A stretch of 64,000 nt of DNA from an uncultured Candidatus Saccharibacteria bacterium (GTDB lineage: Bacteria; Patescibacteriota; Minisyncoccia; 2-02-FULL-40-12; GWA2-44-9): NCBI GenBank assembly GCA_964513645.1, contig CAZENF010000001.1, positions 135,303 to 199,302 on the forward strand, read 5' to 3'. The translations under genes were made by a program, and so were the position numbers. The notes beneath the pieces were generated by a model, which did not search any database, was not told where the DNA came from, and worked only from the letters and a program-made list of their open reading frames with translations. Of the stretch, positions 18,725 through 28,138 are shown piece after piece (positions within the stretch are counted from its first letter, which is position 1; each line of letters opens with the position of its first letter).

Positions 18725-18994
18725 CTATTTTATTTTCCTTTGAAACCCCCTAGAAGCCAGCCATACTCCAAATAAGACAACGAAGGCCCAGAATCCCATA
18801 AATACTAGTCTGAAAAAGGCGCTAACTCCGTCCGGTAAATTGTCATAACTTAGAAGGTAGTATCTAAGGCCCTTTACGCCTAGGGCAATCAAACTAACTA
18901 GCAACAACCAGAAGAAATCTTTATCGTGATATTTTTTCCAGAAAACATAACCGATTACTGCCGTTAATGTACACAAATATATATTTACATCCAT
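18725..18994 (-). CDS. Small membrane protein, candidate immunity protein for the adjacent RHS toxin
   Basis: 89 aa with 3 predicted TM helices, directly downstream of the RHS gene on the same strand. Confidence 0.4.
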   Translation of the reverse strand: MDVNIYLCTLTAVIGYVFWKKYHDKDFFWLLLVSLIALGVKGLRYYLLSYDNLPDGVSAFFRLVFMGFWAFVVLFGVWLASRGFQRKIK

Positions 18995-19023
18995 TGCGTT
19001 ATTATATTATTTTTTTACTAAAT

Positions 19024-20619
19024 TTAAAATCTAGACCATGAACTACCCTGGGGCCTTCCCTGTCCCTGGCTAGTTGGCGGTGGAGCTGGCCTTGACGGCG
19101 GCGGTTGATTATTCTTATTTCCATTATTAGCGGATCCTCCTTGGGAAGAATTAGGAAGATTCTGTTTGTTCGCAGGCCCTATATATTGTCTATTATCATT
19201 TGTTGGACCAATACGTTCATTCTTATTACTTTGTGTAGTATTAGATCCATTTGTTATATCTTTAGCAGAATTATCTTGATTTTTATAGCCATCATAATAC
19301 TCAGTCACACCGACTACACCTAATATGCCAGCAGCAACTACTTTAGCCCAATTTGGAATATTTGGCTTCATGTTTTTTATCATATCCCCTGGATCTTGAG
19401 CCTGTGGCTGCCCTTGAGCACTGGTAGGTATCTGCGGCTGAACCCACCTCATCTCAGAAATATTCTGAACTATGGCATTTGCAGCATAGTAAAGTGCGGC
19501 AGCTCCTGCTATTGCATACGGAGCCCACATTGGTAGTGTCGCCGCTTCAAGAACAACTTGATTTCCCGTAGGATCTGTATTTTTGACCGGGTTATTCCTG
19601 GCATACGCATATGAATTTAGTTGCTGTGGATCGGCTAGTTGCTCTCTTTGATTCTGTCCTGTAAGCGCTCTGAATCTATTGTTGTCCCCAATCGCCAAGA
19701 AGCTTGGATCCTGACTCATAAACCTTCCCCATTTGCCACTTTGATAGCGTGCATTCGCATAGTTCAGTGATGTCGTCTGGTCAAATTCATATCCGGTGAA
19801 TTTTCGTTGTTCGTTAATGTGTGAGCCGTTACTGTTTTGGTCGAGTCTTACCTCTCCATACGGATAGTAATCAGTCAGTTCAATCTGCTTGTCTGAGGAG
19901 TTGGTAATTATTGAGCTTCCGGTCAAATTATCTGTATGAACATAGCTAACACTTGCTGTGCTCCCCGTCCCGATAACATCAGCAACCAATGTCCCACCTG
20001 GAGTAAATATATGCTTGTATCTTGTAGTGCCGTCGTAGTTGTAGAACTTAGTGGGATAGTAAGTAGTATTAGTAGCCGTCTTGACCTTAACTCTTTGACC
20101 GGTATAGTCATAAGCATAAGATGAAGAAGCTCCATTGCCGGTTACCTTACTTACTCGATTGTTATAATCCCAGGTATAGGAGGTGGAAGGTACGGATGAG
20201 AACTTATAGAAGGTGCTGGGAGAGGATTGGTTGTTGTATTCGGTTTTGACCCAGGCAGAAGAGGCGGTAACATTCTCAATTCTTGTCTCGTCCAATATAC
20301 CATTGGTATAGCCTATATTATCTCCTCTTTGACCGATGTAAACACCAGTAGAATTTCCGGTGAATAGACCTATGCCAGGAGTGCGGTCAGCGGCGCTTAG
20401 GTCAGTACCATCAACATACATCTTATAGGTAGTGCCGTCGAAGGTAGCAGTGACTAGATGCCATCCAAAAGCTATATCTCCGCTTGAATTAACATTAACA
20501 GCTGTGCCAGCAGCAGCAGCATTGGCCAGATAATAAAGTCTTTGGGTAAAGGCGGTATTGGCACCTAGAATCAACATCACTTGCGGTTCGAACTTTTTTG
20601 TATTTATTGACGACCCCAA
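19024..20619 (-). CDS. RHS repeat-associated core domain protein (short/orphan form) with a C-terminal polymorphic domain and a Q/N/P-rich tail
   Basis: LamG-like N-terminus and YD repeats (YDYTGQRVKV, YYPYGEVR). RHS core end RYQSGKWGRFMSQDP … NPVKNTDPTGNQ. Two hydrophobic segments and a low-complexity tail follow. Confidence 0.8.
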   Translation of the reverse strand: MGSSINTKKFEPQVMLILGANTAFTQRLYYLANAAAAGTAVNVNSSGDIAFGWHLVTATFDGTTYKMYVDGTDLSAADRTPGIGLFTGNSTGVYIGQRGDNIGYTNGILDETRIENVTASSAWVKTEYNNQSSPSTFYKFSSVPSTSYTWDYNNRVSKVTGNGASSSYAYDYTGQRVKVKTATNTTYYPTKFYNYDGTTRYKHIFTPGGTLVADVIGTGSTASVSYVHTDNLTGSSIITNSSDKQIELTDYYPYGEVRLDQNSNGSHINEQRKFTGYEFDQTTSLNYANARYQSGKWGRFMSQDPSFLAIGDNNRFRALTGQNQREQLADPQQLNSYAYARNNPVKNTDPTGNQVVLEAATLPMWAPYAIAGAAALYYAANAIVQNISEMRWVQPQIPTSAQGQPQAQDPGDMIKNMKPNIPNWAKVVAAGILGVVGVTEYYDGYKNQDNSAKDITNGSNTTQSNKNERIGPTNDNRQYIGPANKQNLPNSSQGGSANNGNKNNQPPPSRPAPPPTSQGQGRPQGSSWSRF

Positions 20620-20737
20620 TGTGTGAATGTTTGAACCTGTTCAAAGTTTTTTGAGTTTGGCGGACAAGCATTGATAAATTGCTATATAAGTGTTATTTTT
20701 TTCTGAGTTTTTTGAAAGAGATATTGTGAGGATTATC

Positions 20738-21118
20738 ATGTATAGGCTTTCATTAGCTGTTGAAGGCAGAGTCTCTGAGTGGTCGACGATATGTTTTTTC
20801 TGGAAAATTCCGAATGATGCTGCCAGAATTTTCTATGATCCAGACGGCAAGAGGCAGCTCCTGCCCTCAAAAGGTCTGCCGAAGGATTTAAGTTTATTGG
20901 TAGGAAGGTTAAGAAATGCCGAAGATTATCCGTATTCAGTTCAGGGCGAATCCTGGATAACCCCCAAAGAACTTGGGAATATTAATAATGAATTTACAAG
21001 ACTTTACAATACTGAAAGTAAATTCTTGCAAGCATTACTGCTAATCAATTCTCAATCTAATTTTTATGATGAAACCAGATTAGTTTTTTGGTGGTGCTTG
21101 GTAGAACCACCCAAATAA
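20738..21118 (+). CDS. Hypothetical protein
   Basis: GAGGA RBS 7 nt upstream of ATG. 126 aa with no recognisable motif. Confidence 0.4.
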   Translation: MYRLSLAVEGRVSEWSTICFFWKIPNDAARIFYDPDGKRQLLPSKGLPKDLSLLVGRLRNAEDYPYSVQGESWITPKELGNINNEFTRLYNTESKFLQALLLINSQSNFYDETRLVFWWCLVEPPK

Positions 21119-21212
21119 CCGCCGGCTAGTGCCGGCTTTTATATTTCATACTCTTTACAAACTTACTCCGCCTGTGTTATTTTTACTCTCCAGTTCTTTA
21201 AAAGGAGGTCTG

Positions 21213-21407
21213 ATGGAAGGAAAATTAGTTCTTCATCATGACGACCCGCCGTGTACTGCACGTCTCGAAAATGGCTACTGCCCCGAATGTAAATTTGTAC
21301 CGGATATGCAAAGTACATGTTTTTATTATTACTGTCCGAATTGCATAGTTCAGCTTCACCATATGATTTGTCCTAATTGTCTTATTAAATTTGAAACACG
21401 AAAATAG
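21213..21407 (+). CDS. Small zinc-ribbon protein
   Basis: AAGGAGG RBS upstream. Cysteine pairs CPEC / CPNC / CPNC. Confidence 0.45.
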   Translation: MEGKLVLHHDDPPCTARLENGYCPECKFVPDMQSTCFYYYCPNCIVQLHHMICPNCLIKFETRK

Positions 21408-21485
21408 CCGGCTAACTCCGGCTTTTATATTGACAAAGTGTTGTTTAAGTGGTATTTTAAGAAAGCTTTCCAAGGAGGCGCCAGG

Positions 21486-21842
21486 TTGGAAAAGTTCTTT
21501 GTTATCTGCCATTTCGGATGTAAATCTTACGCTGACGGCGGCATCGCGCTTGTCCGTGATTCAAGCGAGAATCCTGGAGAAAAAGAGATAATCGTAGTCG
21601 GGCCTTGGGCTGGCCCTGGACCATGTTATATTGTTGAAGATTGGCAAAGCGAAGACTATGCCAGTATCGTGAAGAACGGCAGACTGTTAGACCTTCCTGA
21701 CTCCCTGTGGAACGCCGTGATGCGTCTGCGGGACATAGAAAAAACCGATTCTGTTTCAGAGAGAAAAAAAATCGTTGAAGATTTCGAAGATATAATCGGG
21801 ACAGGCCTTAAAGTCAAAATGCTTCTGGCAGGAGCGCTCTGA
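21486..21842 (+). CDS. Hypothetical protein (TTG start proposed)
   Basis: Promoter TTGACA-17-TATTTT and AAGGAGG RBS precede TTG. A hairpin terminator follows. Confidence 0.35.
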   Translation: MEKFFVICHFGCKSYADGGIALVRDSSENPGEKEIIVVGPWAGPGPCYIVEDWQSEDYASIVKNGRLLDLPDSLWNAVMRLRDIEKTDSVSERKKIVEDFEDIIGTGLKVKMLLAGAL

Positions 21843-21849
21843 CAGAAAA

Positions 21850-21876
21850 AGCTGACAAATAGTCAGCTTTTATATT
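21850..21876 (+). terminator. Rho-independent terminator
   Basis: AGCTGAC-aaata-GTCAGCT followed by TTTTAT. Confidence 0.6.
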
Positions 21877-21903
21877 GACTTGGGGTGTGAAATATGATAT
21901 AAT
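21875..21903 (+). promoter_or_regulatory. Consensus sigma70 promoter
   Basis: TTGACT, a 17-nt spacer, then TATAAT. It directly follows the terminator T-tract. Confidence 0.65.
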
Positions 21904-21992
21904 CATACCACGATAAACTTAAGCACATAGAAGGTGTAAGTTTCGTTCCTTTATTACCTTCTCTGGCTTAACAAGCGCGGAGGAGGTAGAAG

Positions 21993-22310
21993 ATGGAGGC
22001 GATAGTTGGCAAGATAGTCGCGTTCGTCGTTGCCGACGACGAGTTGGCACCAGAGGAAGGCGTCGAGTTCTTCGATGCCAAAGAAGCACACGCATTCGCG
22101 CGGTGCAACGAAGGCTGCTACGGCGGCTGGTACTTCATAAAGCTCGAACTGCCCACAGGGCGAATCGAGTACGACGCCGGGTTCAATGAGGACGCCCTCA
22201 TTGGTGAGAAGCGCTACGGTCTTCTTTGCTCAAAGTGCCATCGACGCACCTGGTGGCACAAACGCTACGATTATGGCATCGAGAATTACTGTTACGAGTG
22301 TTCAAACTGA
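21993..22310 (+). CDS. High-GC small Cys-rich protein (foreign-looking)
   Basis: GGAGGAGG RBS upstream. Codon usage is much GC-richer than the neighbours. Cysteine pairs CSKCH … CYEC. Confidence 0.5.
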   Translation: MEAIVGKIVAFVVADDELAPEEGVEFFDAKEAHAFARCNEGCYGGWYFIKLELPTGRIEYDAGFNEDALIGEKRYGLLCSKCHRRTWWHKRYDYGIENYCYECSN

Positions 22311-22314
22311 AAAA

Positions 22315-22369
22315 GCCCGGCCTTGCCGGCAGGCCCGCTCAAAAGCGGGCCTTTTGTTTTAAAACAAAA
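22315..22369 (+). terminator. Strong GC hairpin terminator
   Basis: GGCCCGC-tcaaaa-GCGGGCC followed by TTTTGTTTT. Confidence 0.6.
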
Positions 22370-22387
22370 TTCCGGCCTAAGCCGGAA

Positions 22388-22762
22388 TTAATTTTTAATA
22401 ACACTCAACAGATACTGTTGCTTGGATTTTTCGAGCATGACAGAAACCTTTTCCTTATGAAGTTCGTCTATCTGCCGGGTTATCTCTTTTTCTCTTTCAT
22501 CGAGTTTAAGCATATCATCCGTATCTACATCCCCGCTCTTAACCAGTTCAAGATAAGCAAGCTTTCTTCGAAGTTCTTTTGCTGTGTTCCATTTTATATG
22601 AATGGAGTTCGGCGGACCGGCCAGTTCGCTGCCATATATTCTCCAAACCGCAGCAAAATTATCTTCTTCGCTTTTAGCTTCTGATTCGAGACGCACTATT
22701 TCATCATTCAGTCTGATCATTTCGTGCTTTATTTTAAGTATCTGACCTTGCGTTAGAGGCAT
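22388..22762 (-). CDS. Hypothetical coiled-coil protein
   Basis: 124-aa charged helical ORF. A small hairpin lies downstream of its stop. Confidence 0.4.
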   Translation of the reverse strand: MPLTQGQILKIKHEMIRLNDEIVRLESEAKSEEDNFAAVWRIYGSELAGPPNSIHIKWNTAKELRRKLAYLELVKSGDVDTDDMLKLDEREKEITRQIDELHKEKVSVMLEKSKQQYLLSVIKN

Positions 22763-22823
22763 TTGCTGTCACCACAAAAGGGACTTGTAAAAGCTTACCA
22801 TTATAAAAATTAGAGTCAAAAAA

Positions 22824-23240
22824 TCAAAGTGAGTTAGAAATGAGATTGTAGATGGAGGTTGCCTTCTTGAATACGATCTCTCGATCGCCGATTATACAAA
22901 CCCGGACCGCCATATAGTCGTTCATTTCGTAGCGGAGAGCGTCAAAGTATTCTTTCTGGGTATCTTTGAGGGAAAGTATCTTGCCGTTGTCGTGATAAAG
23001 TATATCTTCGGGTACAAAGCGCCAGGGTGTAAGAGTCGGAACAATGACAACCTGGTGGGCGGGAATTTTTAAAAGCGCGGCAACTTTTGATTCGAGTGCT
23101 TCAAGATCGTGGGGCGAAGCATGCTTCATGAATTTCTGGAAAAACTCCTGGTCCTCGCCGATGACTTTAATATCTTTGCCGATAATCATAGCCTTGAGTT
23201 GCGTGTTTTTTGACCGTTTGGTGAGGCCCGTTCGTGGCAA
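22824..23240 (-). CDS. Hypothetical protein
   Basis: 138-aa ORF with no recognisable motif. Confidence 0.4.
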   Translation of the reverse strand: MPRTGLTKRSKNTQLKAMIIGKDIKVIGEDQEFFQKFMKHASPHDLEALESKVAALLKIPAHQVVIVPTLTPWRFVPEDILYHDNGKILSLKDTQKEYFDALRYEMNDYMAVRVCIIGDREIVFKKATSIYNLISNSL

Positions 23241-23354
23241 TTCACGTATATACTAGGCTTTGTATTGGAACTGGATGTCTCTGTTTTTATGCTTTTAGAT
23301 CCTGGCCATCAGTTATTTGTCATGCTTCCGCAACAGCTTTTTGGGTGCTACCGT

Positions 23355-24089
23355 TTAAAGGTGGATAAGACGAGCGGCCATTTTCTGGAGAAATCTCTGG
23401 CTGATAAGAGCAGATTTATGAAGGTAAACCTCCTTATACATATAGATATAAAGGCGCTGCATCTGCTTAGCGGCTTCGAGAGATTTTTTATCGATGACGA
23501 GTTTGCTTTCGAGATAGACCAAATAATTGAACAAACTCTCGATGTCCGGCCGCTGGCCGAAACCGGTATGATAAGTATCGCGTTCGAGATAATCGAGTTT
23601 ATCCATCCCGACGTTCTTATCCATTACGATGCGGTAAAGCGGAACCTTGTGCGAAGCGATCTTTTTTATGAATTCGTAATCACCGCCGGCTTTTTTGACG
23701 CTGTCTTTCATCAGTTCCAAAACCACCAGACCGTTCTCGTCCTCATCACCGCTTAACGGGGTAAGTTCCTCGATAACATGAGAAAACGGGCCATGGCCGA
23801 TATCATGGAGCAAGCCGAACAAAGAAATATTCTTGGCTTCGTCCGCAGTCAAAAAACCATCCTCTACCATTCTCTTGGTAAATCTTTTGGTCTTGGCATA
23901 AACTCCAAGAGCATGTTCGAAGCGGTTGTGATTCGCGCCAGGAAAAACGTTTATCGTCGTGCCAAGCTGAGAAATATAAAGCAGGCGGTGGAAAAGAGGA
24001 TGCTGGATTATCGGCATAATATCCCGGATGTCTATGGATTCGTTGGGAGGTATACGGATATATTTTCTGTAAAATTTTGAGGGCGGCAT
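23355..24089 (-). CDS. HD-domain phosphohydrolase (dNTP triphosphohydrolase-like, short)
   Basis: NRFEHALGV … LLHDIGHGPFSH metal-binding motifs. Confidence 0.8.
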   Translation of the reverse strand: MPPSKFYRKYIRIPPNESIDIRDIMPIIQHPLFHRLLYISQLGTTINVFPGANHNRFEHALGVYAKTKRFTKRMVEDGFLTADEAKNISLFGLLHDIGHGPFSHVIEELTPLSGDEDENGLVVLELMKDSVKKAGGDYEFIKKIASHKVPLYRIVMDKNVGMDKLDYLERDTYHTGFGQRPDIESLFNYLVYLESKLVIDKKSLEAAKQMQRLYIYMYKEVYLHKSALISQRFLQKMAARLIHL

Positions 24090-24194
24090 GTACCTTAAGT
24101 ATTAAGAATAAGTATTAAAAAATCAAGTCAAAATAAAAAACCGCCAGAGGTTCTGTTTATCACAGAACATGGCGGCTTGAGCTGGTCCTTCGAA

Positions 24195-24446
24195 TTACCT
24201 TGCGACCATCTTGTAGAGCGTGAACGGCATCAGCCGAAGCAGGATGTCTCTTCGATACCATCCGAACTTTGAAGCGCACCGGACTTGAGTGCTTTCCGGA
24301 AAAAACCAGGTCTCCTCCGGATAGACCCCGATGGCGTCGGACGAAAGAACGGTGATATCCGCTCCAGCTTCACAAACCGCAGCTTTGGTGTCCCGTATGG
24401 CACGCCACATATGCGGCCGGGCGGCGACAACCAGAGTTTTTGCCAC
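24195..24446 (-). CDS. High-GC small hypothetical protein
   Basis: GAAGGAGAT RBS upstream. GC-rich codon usage. 83 aa. Confidence 0.4.
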   Translation of the reverse strand: MAKTLVVAARPHMWRAIRDTKAAVCEAGADITVLSSDAIGVYPEETWFFPESTQVRCASKFGWYRRDILLRLMPFTLYKMVAR

Positions 24447-24657
24447 TGATATCTCCTTCTGACCTGGTAGGGTTGAAGCTGAACGAGCGTCGTCAGCAAC
24501 AGGATAGTAAAAGTGACACCAGCGAGAATCAGAACCGGAAGTGACAAGAACAACTGAAACTCAGGAGTCAGCAAACTGTCAATTTAGGCCTCCCTGAATT
24601 GTTAATCTTACTACTTGATATTATACCACATTTAATATTTAAAATCAAGAGAAAATA

Positions 24658-24681
24658 AAGGCCCTTTTTCAGGGCTTTTAT
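24658..24681 (-). terminator. Terminator for the MazG-like gene
   Basis: GGCCCT-ttttc-AGGGCT with a U-tract on the minus strand. Confidence 0.6.
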
Positions 24682-24983
24682 GCTTCTTCGAGGATAATGC
24701 GTTTTTCGAATTTACCACGTTCTCTGGCTTTTTTAGCCTTATGCATTCTGACATTTTCATCAAAAAGAGGGCCGAGATGGTTAAGGATAGCGTCGATGAC
24801 TTCGAGAACATCGGCTAATTCTTCTCCGCTCTCTTTTTCCAGAAATTCGTTAACTTCTTCCAGTAATTTTTCTTTTAAATAGGGTCTGTATTCCTTTATA
24901 TCAGCAACCCTGATCCTGGGCTCAATCCCATTGCCTCTCAAGATATCAGGTATCTTATCGCGAACAAGTTTATTGTATTTCAT
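24678..24983 (-). CDS. MazG-like nucleotide pyrophosphohydrolase (small all-alpha NTP-PPase)
   Basis: N-terminus KLVRDKIPDI and EEVNEFLE … LADVLEVIDAI, typical of house-cleaning MazG-family proteins. Confidence 0.65.
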   Translation of the reverse strand: MKYNKLVRDKIPDILRGNGIEPRIRVADIKEYRPYLKEKLLEEVNEFLEKESGEELADVLEVIDAILNHLGPLFDENVRMHKAKKARERGKFEKRIILEEA

Positions 24984-25048
24984 TAGAACATTTCCTGAAA
25001 ATAACTGGAGAATAAAATAGCACTTAAAGTACTATTTGTCAATGAAGA

Positions 25049-26827
25049 TTATCCATTATTTTTCATTGCTTCTTCGAGTACTCTTTTGAGACCGTCGGTA
25101 TCAACTTCAATTTTCGCTCTTTCACGTTTTTCTTCTATCTTTTTGCCATGAAAATTAACAGGACTGTTCCTGAAAGCATCATTGAGGGATAATCCCGAAC
25201 CAGGTCTAGAAGGATTTGGCCGCGATGCTTGGGGTTGAACAATTTTCTTCGGTTCAAGACCGATTGTCCTGGCTTGTCCTGATGGAGGATAGGCCGGCCT
25301 TTCTTCAGTCACTTTAGGCATGGGTGCGGGTTTAGGCATTTCGGCCGGTTTGGGTGCAGTAGCCGGAACCTGGTTCACCGGTTCAACTGTCTGATAACTC
25401 GGTCTTGGACGAGGCGCTTCCGGTCGCGGCATCGGCGGTCTCATCTGTTCTCTCGATTCATAAGGCGCTTGGCGGTAAGGCCGCCTTTCAAAAGACTGGC
25501 CTTGGCTCTTCTGTTCGGCATTCTTTGCAGCCTGTTCCATTCCCAAAGCCCACTCGCTGATGCTTTTCTCTACATTCTCACGTGGCGTAGCATAGTTCTG
25601 TCTCGAATACTGAACTATCTCTTCGCGGTTTGATTTTTTGATCTTGGCCAAAGGAGTAATGGTGGTGGCTGAAAATCCTTTTGACGACACGCCGTCAATC
25701 ATTAGTTTCAAATAAATATTGTATTTCCCAAGATTAACAATATCCGACATCATAAAATCAGGCGCGAACCATTTTTCTAAGAATTCGGCATCTTCAGCGC
25801 CGACACGGAAAGAGATTATAGTTCCGACATTTCCGAAAACCGCATCTCTGACTGGTTCTTCCATTTGTTTGATATACTGATGGGCCATTATCAGGCTTAG
25901 ATGGAATTTCCTGGCCTCGGACAAGATGTTAGCGAAGGATTCGGTCGCAAAATGTTGGAACTCGTCAACATAAAGATAAAAATCATTTCTCTGTTCCTCC
26001 GGAATATCCACTCTGGACATGGCCGCAAGTTGGATCTTGGTAACCAAAAGCGCGCCAAGCAAACGCGAAGCGTCCTCCCCTATTTTGCCGCGGGAAAGGT
26101 TTACGATAAGGATCTTTTTCTCATCCATTATCTTGCGGATATCGATGGTCGAATGGACCTGGCCGATGATGTTACGGATAAGATTGTTCGAGATGAACTG
26201 ACCGATCTTGTTTTGAATGGCCGGAGTTGCTTCCTGCATATAACGATCGGTGTATTTGGCAAACTCGTTGACCCAGAAAGATTTAACGATGGGGTCCTTT
26301 AAATTATCCACGACCTTTTTGCGGTATTCCTTTTCGGATAACATCCGGTTTATGCCGAGCAAGGTAGCGTCTGGATATTCAAGAAGGGCTAAGATAGTGT
26401 TGTTCAAAATATATTCCATTCTGCCCGACCAGACCTCAACCCCGAATATTTTCTTGAACACACCCAAGAGGCCAGAGGCAACAAGGTGCCGGTACTCAAA
26501 ACCAACTTTCTCCATCACGTTAAAGGCGATTGGAAAAGCGAGATCGCCCGGGTCAAAATAAATGACGTCTTTTATCCTTTCTTCGGGTATGTAATCGAGA
26601 AGCCCATCAGATGGATCACCGTGAGGATCTATGAAGGCCAACCCATGCCCGGCTTCAATATCCTGGATAGCCATATTCTTAAGGAATTCGGTTTTACCCA
26701 TGCCGGTAGAACCAACCACATACATATGGCGGCGACGATCATCCGGTTTAATTCCAAATCGCCAGCGCTGGCTTCGGAAATTAGTTTCACCGATGACAAC
26801 TATTTCGTTGTTCTTTTTTGACGGCAT
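25049..26827 (-). CDS. VirD4/TraG/TraD-like coupling-protein-type ATPase (FtsK–HerA superfamily) with a disordered Pro-rich C-terminus
   Basis: Walker A GSTGMGKT, Walker B LYVDEFQ and an IMAHQ motif. The last ~170 aa are P/Q/A-rich low complexity. Confidence 0.65.
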   Translation of the reverse strand: MPSKKNNEIVVIGETNFRSQRWRFGIKPDDRRRHMYVVGSTGMGKTEFLKNMAIQDIEAGHGLAFIDPHGDPSDGLLDYIPEERIKDVIYFDPGDLAFPIAFNVMEKVGFEYRHLVASGLLGVFKKIFGVEVWSGRMEYILNNTILALLEYPDATLLGINRMLSEKEYRKKVVDNLKDPIVKSFWVNEFAKYTDRYMQEATPAIQNKIGQFISNNLIRNIIGQVHSTIDIRKIMDEKKILIVNLSRGKIGEDASRLLGALLVTKIQLAAMSRVDIPEEQRNDFYLYVDEFQHFATESFANILSEARKFHLSLIMAHQYIKQMEEPVRDAVFGNVGTIISFRVGAEDAEFLEKWFAPDFMMSDIVNLGKYNIYLKLMIDGVSSKGFSATTITPLAKIKKSNREEIVQYSRQNYATPRENVEKSISEWALGMEQAAKNAEQKSQGQSFERRPYRQAPYESREQMRPPMPRPEAPRPRPSYQTVEPVNQVPATAPKPAEMPKPAPMPKVTEERPAYPPSGQARTIGLEPKKIVQPQASRPNPSRPGSGLSLNDAFRNSPVNFHGKKIEEKRERAKIEVDTDGLKRVLEEAMKNNG

Positions 26828-26833
26828 ATTAAA

Positions 26834-28120
26834 TTACATTACTGGCAACCCTGACGGCGGCTCACCTTTCTTGGCTTCAACCCTCGGCAATAACGGCGAA
26901 CGGACACCGACATCCGGGAAGTGAAAGATAGTCGCCATTTCTTCGGTATTCAGAGTAAACCTTAGTACCATCGGATTAAAAAGTTTTCTTTCTTTATAGG
27001 CCGAGTAAATCGCTCTTTTCCTGGTTAAAAGTTTGCTTTTCTTGAACAATCCTTTTGCATAAGTAAGGGTATATTTATTCCCTTTGAAGCCGTTCAGATT
27101 TTGAGAAGCGAATTGCCTGAACGACCCGGAGATTCCGGCGGCGTGGGTTGGGTTAAAAGCGTTCTTTGGGCCTAAATATAAAGTCCGAATAACAGTTTCG
27201 TAGCCCAGTTTATCCCAGCTTTTTTCCATTGCCTTTATTATTTCCTGTTTGCCGGGAGTCATCTCAACTCTTTCTTTTTTTTCTTCTTTTCTTTCTACTT
27301 TTGCCCCTTCAACAACTGTCGGAGACGGACCGATGTTTGATATCGCTTTATCTATCGAGAAAACCATGTCACTCAAAAAATCGCCTTTAGGGGTTGGCGT
27401 TTTACCCATGATTTTATCGATCTCGGCCTGGCCACGTTTTATCCAACCGTCACCGACCGGAGCAGCGGTTATCTGGATCCAAATTTTTTCTCCGTTCCTT
27501 AAGGTGCTGAAAAGTTCGGACAAGGAAGCCAGAGGGTCTATTCTTTTTACATCATCCGGTCCAGTCCCCTTTTCTTCAAAATCAGGATAAGTTCTGATAG
27601 GAAAAGCGTCGGGTTTGGAAAGCATCATGTCAGTACCCCAGACATCATAATTGTCATCCGGCAATGAAAGAGGCATTTCGTTAACGTAATCGGGAACAGG
27701 GAAAATTTCGGCCTCAGGGTATTGCGCATAAACCTGGGCTTCAACGATGTTTTTAAATTTTTCGAGGGTCCGAATATAAAAATGAGTCTCTCCGCTGTTG
27801 CCGACCATCTCAAAAGAATAATAATCGAGGTCTTTACCGTAGAAAAACTTATCTTTAAAATCGAGGGGTTTAGAATAAATTCCGTGAAGACCGGCAAACA
27901 CCTGTTCCATCGCCTTCGGACTTTTACGGACTTCCTTAGGGATCTTTATTTCGAGAAGGAGCCATTTTAAACCGACCCGGTACCTAAGATTAGTATAGTT
28001 CCGTATCGCCGCATCGGCCAATAAAAATAAAAAGATGGGCAAATAAACCCACCATAATGAGAGGAGTAGCGATAAGACCGTCTTAAAAGTATTAAATATT
28101 AAAAGAAGCGTATCCAACAA
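26834..28120 (-). CDS. Hypothetical membrane-anchored protein, upstream partner of the VirD4-like ATPase
   Basis: N-terminal TM segment. The 428-aa gene stops 7 nt before the ATPase start. Confidence 0.45.
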   Translation of the reverse strand: MLDTLLLIFNTFKTVLSLLLSLWWVYLPIFLFLLADAAIRNYTNLRYRVGLKWLLLEIKIPKEVRKSPKAMEQVFAGLHGIYSKPLDFKDKFFYGKDLDYYSFEMVGNSGETHFYIRTLEKFKNIVEAQVYAQYPEAEIFPVPDYVNEMPLSLPDDNYDVWGTDMMLSKPDAFPIRTYPDFEEKGTGPDDVKRIDPLASLSELFSTLRNGEKIWIQITAAPVGDGWIKRGQAEIDKIMGKTPTPKGDFLSDMVFSIDKAISNIGPSPTVVEGAKVERKEEKKERVEMTPGKQEIIKAMEKSWDKLGYETVIRTLYLGPKNAFNPTHAAGISGSFRQFASQNLNGFKGNKYTLTYAKGLFKKSKLLTRKRAIYSAYKERKLFNPMVLRFTLNTEEMATIFHFPDVGVRSPLLPRVEAKKGEPPSGLPVM

Positions 28121-28138
28121 TGTAAATCCTAAGCGCTA

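Noticed and set aside
20640-22380. Integron-like gene cassette array
   Set aside because: Each small gene has its own promoter and terminator. No attC-like sites or IntI-type tyrosine integrase are present. The nearby recombinase is a serine recombinase.
24230-24574. 114-aa minus-strand ORF overlapping the 83-aa high-GC gene
   Set aside because: Only its first ~40 codons are non-overlapping. The rest is out of frame through the better-supported RBS-preceded 83-aa gene. Likely an ORF-caller artefact, or at most a short TM peptide.
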